From a virus (taxonomy: Duplodnaviria; Caudoviricetes), in IMG/VR virus record IMGVR_UViG_2061766007_000586, positions 128,001-192,000 of that record: 64,000 bases of DNA, one strand, 5' to 3'. Within the stretch, counting starts at the first letter, position 1; the number at the start of each line of letters is the position of its first letter. Positions 57,773 to 64,000 of the stretch are shown here, piece by piece. A program made the translations under genes and the position numbers. The notes under the pieces were generated by a model that was not told the DNA's origin, made no database searches, and worked only from the letters and a program-made list of their open reading frames with translations.

Positions 57773-58441
57773 TTAGACAGCCGTCCAAGGACGCCAGCTA
57801 TTGTAATCTTTGTCAGTGAACTGTGAAGACAGAACAACAAAACTGTTCCGAATCTTCTGAACCAACTGTGCATATGCCGTTCCGTTCACGTCAAGCTGAT
57901 TTCTGAAATCAACATTGTGATTCTGACTGACATGAGAATTCAGTGACTTCCCATAATTGATAATTGAGCATCCTTTGCACGGAAGTAAAGAAGATCCGTC
58001 TCCGATTCCAACATCTTCGAGTTTCGAACCGCCCTTCATGCGAATCTTGGTATCAGTGATATACATATTCTTGATGGAACTACCACCATTCATACGGATC
58101 TCAGATCCGAATTCTCCGATGATATTTTCCACCGATGCTCCGTTCTGGAGAATCAGCCATCCACCACGCAGCCAAAGATTGTGAATAGAAAGCTTTTTGT
58201 TACCACCAATGATTTCGACGATAGAATTCGGTCCGATAAAGAGATCATTGATCTCGCCGCTTCTTACCTGAAGGAATGTTCTTCCTGCAAGTTCACAAAC
58301 ATTGAGACTTCCACCAAGCATGCAGATTTCTCGTTTGTCGAACACAACATGATCGAATGTTGTTCGTTTGATGACTTCTTTGTCAGTGGTGAGTACGTGG
58401 TCTTTCAGTGAAGACATCACGCGTTCGTTGGGAGTGAACAT
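57773..58441 (-). CDS. Beta-helix repeat protein (AIDA-like)
   Basis: LWLRGGWLIL, IRMNGGSSI, IRMKGGSKL repeats. Confidence 0.7.
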   Translation of the reverse strand: MFTPNERVMSSLKDHVLTTDKEVIKRTTFDHVVFDKREICMLGGSLNVCELAGRTFLQVRSGEINDLFIGPNSIVEIIGGNKKLSIHNLWLRGGWLILQNGASVENIIGEFGSEIRMNGGSSIKNMYITDTKIRMKGGSKLEDVGIGDGSSLLPCKGCSIINYGKSLNSHVSQNHNVDFRNQLDVNGTAYAQLVQKIRNSFVVLSSQFTDKDYNSWRPWTAV

Positions 58442-58890
58442 TTTAATTCTCCTTTATATGGGGTTTGTGTTTTGAGAGTTTTACTATAAAACTCTGTATG
58501 ATGTAACGGTTTAATGTTTAATTTTGTATTAAGTAAATTTTCTGTCGTTTCTAACATTATAGATATTACAGATTTAATAAATTTTTGACGTGGGTTGTAT
58601 TTGTTAACAATATTGTCACCAATTTGTATTTTAGGGTTAAGTTTTCTTGCATCTTTAATCCAAACTTGATCAGAGTTATTTGGTTTTGGTATAAAGTTTA
58701 CAACTTTCTGATTGGAATAGAATCTCATGTCACCAGTTTTTGGATCAATTGTGACATCACAGATTTTTCCATCTTTTAATTGGTTAATTAAATCTTTTCT
58801 GTAAATATCAATTAACTCTTTACGAGTATATTTCCAGAGTAAACTGATTTCAATGATATCAAGCATCTTGATAAGATTCGGATTTTCCAT
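58417..58890 (-). CDS. NusA N-terminal-domain-like protein
   Basis: VTIDPKTGDMRFY...VWIKDARKLNPKIQIGDNI matches the NusA NTD; S1 and KH domains absent. Confidence 0.7.
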   Translation of the reverse strand: MENPNLIKMLDIIEISLLWKYTRKELIDIYRKDLINQLKDGKICDVTIDPKTGDMRFYSNQKVVNFIPKPNNSDQVWIKDARKLNPKIQIGDNIVNKYNPRQKFIKSVISIMLETTENLLNTKLNIKPLHHTEFYSKTLKTQTPYKGELKCSLPTNA

Positions 58891-58925
58891 AATGATTCTC
58901 CTTATGCTATGAGGGTTTCATGTTA

Positions 58926-58935
58926 GTTATATATA
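58926..58935 (-). promoter_or_regulatory. Phage early-type promoter (TATATATAAC)
   Basis: TATATATNNC match upstream of the NusA-like gene. Confidence 0.6.
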
Positions 58936-58957
58936 AATAAGATAAGGATGATTTATT

Positions 58958-59851
58958 ATGATTCATATATGCTTAGCGACAGATTTCAATAATGTTCAGC
59001 TGTGTTGTGAATGTATTCATGATACCATTATGACAAAAAATCCAGATACAGAAATTACGTTTTATGTATTATTGGATAGTGTAAAAAATTCGCAGATATT
59101 TGATCGATTTAATGAATTAGATCAAATTAAAGTTATACCTATTTTTTCTAGTTCATATCAACTTATTACAAAGGGTGCAAAAATAAACGGTATAGCATAT
59201 TGGCTTACAGCAACCACATATCTACGTTACATAATTCCTTCTTTACCGGAATTACAAGATGTTGATAGAGTTCTTTATCTTGATACTGATATGTTAGCTT
59301 TAAGGGATTTGTCAAATATTTATAATTATGATTTGCATGATAATTTGATTGGTGGTGTAAAAAATTCAACTTATATCAGACACTCTTATAAAGGAAAACT
59401 TTCTTTTGTAGGATCTCTAGAAGGCCGTGTTATTAATGCTGGTGTAATTTTAATGGATTTAAATAAATTGAGAGAATTTGACTTTACAAAAAAATGTATT
59501 GATTTTACCAGAGAATGTGGTATGGATGATGAAATAGTTGTCAATCAAATTTGTAAAAATAAAATACAGTTTATGGATCCTACTATGAACATTCCGTACA
59601 CAATGATTGTTTATAGACATAAAAATATGAACGATATCGATTGCTGGAATGCTTTTCATAATACTTCGTTTACATCTATTAATGATTTGGTGTGTTCTAG
59701 TTATTTATTACACTTTATAACTGATAAAAAAGCACAGTTAAATTTTCCAAAATTAAAAGCAATACATGAATCAAGATATCAAAGATTTAAAAATTTTGTT
59801 GAAACTGGAATTATCCAGAAAGAAGACATTCTTCCTCTTGTAACTTTATAA
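58958..59851 (+). CDS. Glycosyltransferase family 8
   Basis: IHICLATD, TYLRY, RVLYLDTD (DxD), INAGVILMDL, DDEIVVN, LLHF. Confidence 0.9.
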   Translation: MIHICLATDFNNVQLCCECIHDTIMTKNPDTEITFYVLLDSVKNSQIFDRFNELDQIKVIPIFSSSYQLITKGAKINGIAYWLTATTYLRYIIPSLPELQDVDRVLYLDTDMLALRDLSNIYNYDLHDNLIGGVKNSTYIRHSYKGKLSFVGSLEGRVINAGVILMDLNKLREFDFTKKCIDFTRECGMDDEIVVNQICKNKIQFMDPTMNIPYTMIVYRHKNMNDIDCWNAFHNTSFTSINDLVCSSYLLHFITDKKAQLNFPKLKAIHESRYQRFKNFVETGIIQKEDILPLVTL

Positions 59852-59872
59852 TTTTAATATAAGGCAATTAAA

Positions 59873-60760
59873 ATGAGCAAAATTCCTATTTGTTATTGTA
59901 CTAGCAAATATTACATTCCTTGGTTAAAAAGATCGATTTATGATCTTATTATTCGTAAGAATCCAGATACAGAATTAGATATTTATATTCTTCTAAATCA
60001 AGCTATACCTGATCCTGATTTTGAAAAATTTAATAAACTTGATAAAGTTCATGTAACAATTAAAGAGATGGATACAGCTATCGAGTTTCCTTATCATGCC
60101 CCACATCCCATGCCTTGGCTAGGAAAATTTAGATCATTAAATATGATTATTCCAGAATTGGATATCTTTAAAGATTTTGAAAGAGTCTTATATTTGGATC
60201 TTGACATGATGGCACGTAGAGATATCACTCCTATTTATGAAACTGATATCAAAGGTGCAGCATTAGGTATGGTTAAAGATTGGTTTTACTGCAGATATGT
60301 TGATCCTAAAAGCTATTTAACAGTTAGTAATACATACCAAAACGGTGTGATTATTATGGATCTTCCTAAGTTAAGAGAAAAACATTTTTCTCAACAATGC
60401 AGAATGAAAACACGTAGTTGTGGTACTGATATTGTGATAATTAATGAAGTTGCACATGATTATATTTGTTCACTTAGTCCAACTTATCAAATTCCATATT
60501 GGGATATTATTTTGGGTAATATACCGATGAAAGATATCAAAACTTGGAATTCAATGTTTGATACTAATTTTGAATCAATGCACGATTTAATTGATCAAAG
60601 TTATTTCTTTCATTGGTGTGGTGATAAAGATTATCGTTACAATATTGTTCCAATTTGTAAAAATATTGTTGATCAAGCACAAAAGCGTTTGGATAAATTT
60701 TTACAGACAGGTGTTGTCCAAGAATGGACAGATGAAGATGAACGTATTTTTGTTTATTAA
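59873..60760 (+). CDS. Glycosyltransferase family 8, paralog
   Basis: RVLYLDLD, QNGVIIMDL, FFHWCG. Confidence 0.9.
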   Translation: MSKIPICYCTSKYYIPWLKRSIYDLIIRKNPDTELDIYILLNQAIPDPDFEKFNKLDKVHVTIKEMDTAIEFPYHAPHPMPWLGKFRSLNMIIPELDIFKDFERVLYLDLDMMARRDITPIYETDIKGAALGMVKDWFYCRYVDPKSYLTVSNTYQNGVIIMDLPKLREKHFSQQCRMKTRSCGTDIVIINEVAHDYICSLSPTYQIPYWDIILGNIPMKDIKTWNSMFDTNFESMHDLIDQSYFFHWCGDKDYRYNIVPICKNIVDQAQKRLDKFLQTGVVQEWTDEDERIFVY

Positions 60761-60769
60761 AAAGGGAGC

Positions 60770-60798
60770 AGAGCTGTGTGCCAATGGCACACAGCTCT
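60770..60798 (+). terminator. Intrinsic terminator
   Basis: AGAGCTGTGTGCC/GGCACACAGCTCT plus T-run. Confidence 0.8.
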
Positions 60799-61037
60799 TT
60801 TGTTCTTTTTCTTATAACCGTTTTTGAAAGACGAAAACAGGACTTTATAAAAAGTCCTTCAGAGGAATTAAAAAAGTAAAGTACCATGACAAAAAAGATG
60901 CTTTACTATCAAGAAGTGGCAAGGAAAAGTCGAAACCAACTGATTATCTTTAGAGAGGTAAGCTAAAGATAGTTCAAGGAGTAAACTTAATCAGCTTTAG
61001 TTTCGACATAGTATTTCTATCATAAAATAAAAAAATA

Positions 61038-61065
61038 AGAGACTAGGATATATATCCTAGTCTCT
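61038..61065 (-). terminator. Intrinsic terminator of the ligase operon
   Basis: AGAGACTAGGAT/ATCCTAGTCTCT plus T-run on the minus strand. Confidence 0.8.
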
Positions 61066-61070
61066 CATAA

Positions 61071-63023
61071 TCATGTGGTTAGCAGTTTTTGAAGCTCTTG
61101 TTCAGTAATGATAGGAATCTTCAATTTTTCTGCTTTTTTAGTTTTGGATGAAACACGATCATCTTCGCCTTGTACTAGATATGAAGTGTTAGATGACACT
61201 GAGTTCGATACAGTTCCACCAAGGTTTGTAATTTGTTTTTCAATTTCGTGTCGTGGTAAACTTAATTTACCAGTAATGACAAATACTTTTCCTCGAAGAG
61301 CTGTATTAGTAACTTGATGTGAAACAGGATTAATACCTTGCTCAAGCAAAGTTGCAATTAAAGTATCGTTTTTCAGATATTCTTTAATGTTATTTTCCAC
61401 AACAGAATCCGGATTAGTAACTTCATAGTTTTCATAGAAGTCAGCTAAATCATGATACTTAGTTGCAATCGATTTTGCTACAATAGGTCCAACTCCAGAA
61501 ATTCCTAATGCAGTAATCCAATCAGCAAGATCTTTATTTCTTGCATCTTGAATAGACTGATAGATTTTCTGTCCATTGACACCCAAGTAACTTAAATCAT
61601 TTTGTTTCAGGTTAAATAAATCTGAAATGTTCTTTACTTTACCTTGACTGACTAAGTCGTTAGAAATGACATTGCCTATTCCATCAATATCAAGAGCATG
61701 CTTACTTGAAAGATATTCAAGCTGTTCTCTTAATCTTGCAGGACAAGCTTCGTTTGTACATCTCCAAGCAGTCATGCCATCGACACGAGCAATTGGTCCT
61801 CCACAACACGGACATTTATTATTAACATATTCATTGATGTAGAATTTCTGACTATTGCGTGCATGTCGGACTGTTCTAACAACTTGTGGTATTACTTCAC
61901 CCGCTTTTTCAATGACGACTGTATCACCAATGCGGAAGTCATGTAAACGAATCATATCATCGTTGTGCAAAGATGCACGCTTGATAACAGATCCGTCTAG
62001 CGTGACAGGTTCCAATTCAGCCACTGGAGTTAGAACACCAGTTCTACCAACTTGGATTGTAATACCTTTGATTATAGTTTCAATCTGGTTCGGATTGAAT
62101 TTATATGCTTTAGCCCATCTTGGACATTTGGATGTATATCCCATTTTCTCTCTGACGTCATATTCATTAACTTTAATGACAGCGCCGTCAGTTGGAAAAC
62201 TTGCCATATGTCTCATTCTGTCGATAGTAGCAATAGCTTCCAGAATTTGTTGTAACATTTTTTCTGGATTTCTATCATTACAGATATAGATAGGAGCATG
62301 AGCAATTTCAAACTCATCTAACCATGAAAACATTTGACGATGTGTTTCAAATGAAATAAATTCCGTTTGATAGAATAATGCATGGAGTGTTCGATCATTA
62401 AACACATTTTCATCTAAAGATTTTAATGTTCCACTTGCAGCATTTCTTGGATTAGCCAATAATGGTAATCCCTTTGATGCATAGATTTGGTTTGTTTTTT
62501 CAAACTCACTAAATCTCATAAAAACTTCTCCACGAAGTTCTAAATAAGGTGGAACACTTATATATCTAGATGTGTTTAAGTCGAATGGAATATCATGGAC
62601 ATATTTGATATTTGTTGTGACTTCATCACCAACTTGTCCATCACCTCTAGTTACAGCTTTCCATAATTCACCATTCTTATAAATACAGGAGATCGATAAA
62701 CCATCGATTTTGTATTCAACAATAAATGAAGCATATGGATATTCACCTATAACTTTATTGAAGAATTTGATTACATCTTCTTCGTTATAAGTATTCTCTA
62801 AACTAAGCATGGGCTTTAAATGCTTGAGTTCTTTGAATCCTCTAACAAGATCATTTCCTGGCCTTATAGTCGGAGAATCAAATCTTTTCAATTGAGGATA
62901 TTCGTGTTCAAGAGCATCAAGCTCTTGTAGTTTTTGATCGAACTCTTGATCGGATATTTTTGAAACATGATCTTTGTAATACGATTCACTACAATCGATT
63001 AGAAAGTCAGTTAATTCATTCAT
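61071..63023 (-). CDS. ligA: NAD+-dependent DNA ligase
   Basis: EYKIDG adenylation motif, TRGDG, ELRGE, DGAVIK, VGRTG, C4 zinc finger, HhH, BRCT (GKVFVITG); start may be 63023 or 63065. Confidence 0.97.
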   Translation of the reverse strand: MNELTDFLIDCSESYYKDHVSKISDQEFDQKLQELDALEHEYPQLKRFDSPTIRPGNDLVRGFKELKHLKPMLSLENTYNEEDVIKFFNKVIGEYPYASFIVEYKIDGLSISCIYKNGELWKAVTRGDGQVGDEVTTNIKYVHDIPFDLNTSRYISVPPYLELRGEVFMRFSEFEKTNQIYASKGLPLLANPRNAASGTLKSLDENVFNDRTLHALFYQTEFISFETHRQMFSWLDEFEIAHAPIYICNDRNPEKMLQQILEAIATIDRMRHMASFPTDGAVIKVNEYDVREKMGYTSKCPRWAKAYKFNPNQIETIIKGITIQVGRTGVLTPVAELEPVTLDGSVIKRASLHNDDMIRLHDFRIGDTVVIEKAGEVIPQVVRTVRHARNSQKFYINEYVNNKCPCCGGPIARVDGMTAWRCTNEACPARLREQLEYLSSKHALDIDGIGNVISNDLVSQGKVKNISDLFNLKQNDLSYLGVNGQKIYQSIQDARNKDLADWITALGISGVGPIVAKSIATKYHDLADFYENYEVTNPDSVVENNIKEYLKNDTLIATLLEQGINPVSHQVTNTALRGKVFVITGKLSLPRHEIEKQITNLGGTVSNSVSSNTSYLVQGEDDRVSSKTKKAEKLKIPIITEQELQKLLTT

Positions 63024-63360
63024 CCGAGTCGAGATCGTAGTCAAATCCGTCTTCGTCGACATCACTATCCTCCTCTAGATCTCCAGATTCATCAGAATCA
63101 TCTTCGTCTGAATCATCAAGTAATGATTGATCGTTTTCACTTAAACTATCAATATCGATATCATCGATATCTTCAGCTAATTCCGAATCATCATAAGTAT
63201 CGATTGGATCTTGTATGGCTGTTACTTGAACTTCTTTCTTCACATCCATGTTTTCCATATCTTGAGATGTTGAAATTTTTCTAAGAGGAATATGTTGACT
63301 TGTGTATACCTGATCAGAAGGTAATTGATCCAAAGAGATTAACGGTAACTCTTCGTACAT
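63016..63360 (-). CDS. Small highly acidic protein
   Basis: 114 aa with a D/E-rich C-terminal half; SD AAGGAG. Confidence 0.7.
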   Translation of the reverse strand: MYEELPLISLDQLPSDQVYTSQHIPLRKISTSQDMENMDVKKEVQVTAIQDPIDTYDDSELAEDIDDIDIDSLSENDQSLLDDSDEDDSDESGDLEEDSDVDEDGFDYDLDSDE

Positions 63361-63372
63361 AATTGGGTCTCC

Positions 63373-63999
63373 TTAATTACGCCAATTGTTTCTCCATCTA
63401 TTCGTTCCAGTGTAGACAGAGTTTCTATTATAGGTATAGGAACTATTTGCATTCATAGTTTCAGGCTGTCCTGTTGAATTAGGATCAATAGGAGCATCTT
63501 TACGATAACACCATGCTGAAAGTCCATGAACAGTTCCATTGAATTTTTGTGCTAATTCATCTGGAGTAAGATGATTCTTTTCCAGTGAATAGATTCTAAA
63601 ACGATACCAACCAGAAGATGACATAGACCAGAAAATTGCTAATTCAAAATCTGCTATCATGTTGGTACTATAGAACGCTTCAATTGTCCATAAAGGACTA
63701 TTGATAAAGAATGCTGACATACCTTCAAAAGTACCAGCCCATCCAGACATACGAATTAATGATGCAAGTCCGCTATATGCATAACGCTGAACAAGAGGAT
63801 CAGATTTATGCATAGCTTCAATTTGACTTACATAATCTTCTTCTACTGGTGGCTCTGGAGTTCTTTCCGGAAGAATAACAGGAAGTTCTTGTAAAGAACA
63901 GCTACAACCTGCGGCTGAAGTATGTCCTGCACCTCCAAGTTTATTTGCTAACTTGTTGCAATCGATGTCACTATCAGTGTCAGTATAGAAAGAACATCT
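63373..63999 (-). CDS. DHH-family phosphoesterase C-terminal part (DHHA1), 5' end outside the window
   Basis: Frame open to the edge: DIDCNKLANKLGGAGHTSAAG (GGxH motif), then a second degenerate DHHA1-like copy. Confidence 0.75.
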   Translation of the reverse strand, partial: RCSFYTDTDSDIDCNKLANKLGGAGHTSAAGCSCSLQELPVILPERTPEPPVEEDYVSQIEAMHKSDPLVQRYAYSGLASLIRMSGWAGTFEGMSAFFINSPLWTIEAFYSTNMIADFELAIFWSMSSSGWYRFRIYSLEKNHLTPDELAQKFNGTVHGLSAWCYRKDAPIDPNSTGQPETMNANSSYTYNRNSVYTGTNRWRNNWRN

Positions 64000-64000
64000 G

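Noticed and set aside
60800-61030. 230-nt intergenic stretch between two terminators
   Set aside because: A-rich, with only short hairpins and tiny ORFs; insufficient support for an RNA or CDS.
1-64000. CRISPR arrays, transposases, inteins, introns, chimallin or tubulin genes
   Set aside because: No regularly spaced repeats or diagnostic motifs recognised in this window. The nucleus-forming lifestyle therefore cannot be confirmed from this segment.

Overview
This window is an AT-rich, gene-dense segment of a jumbo bacteriophage related to the phiKZ-like (probably Chimalliviridae-type) myoviruses, read in the standard genetic code. The assignment rests on motifs visible in the translations: a split RNA polymerase beta-prime C-terminal subunit, a split family-B DNA polymerase subunit, a GroEL-like chaperonin, and a large set of head/inner-body paralogs with (S/A/G)-x-E prohead-protease sites. 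There is also a divergent baseplate/head block, a GyrB-type topoisomerase, RNase H, a dNMP kinase, NAD+ ligase, tandem GT8 and DUF4422 glycosylation genes, and AIDA-like beta-helix proteins. A phage promoter motif (TATATAT-N-N-C, compare phiKZ early TATATTAC) and many intrinsic terminators outline the transcription units. Three of these units hold the most unusual features. (1) A ~590-nt ORF-less, highly structured RNA candidate at 6310-6897. (2) Two tRNA-like RNAs with normal acceptor, D and T arms but a replaced and enlarged anticodon region, co-transcribed with tRNA-Leu. (3) An early operon encoding a stand-alone NusA N-terminal domain, a stand-alone sigma70 region 4 and a dsRBD-like protein, possibly a host RNAP beta-flap takeover module. 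Also noted are a second ~210-nt structured RNA candidate, a P2-like TTTTTTG -1 frameshift site, and membrane-anchored head paralogs. phiKZ gp-number comparisons come from recalled synteny and motifs, not from database searches.
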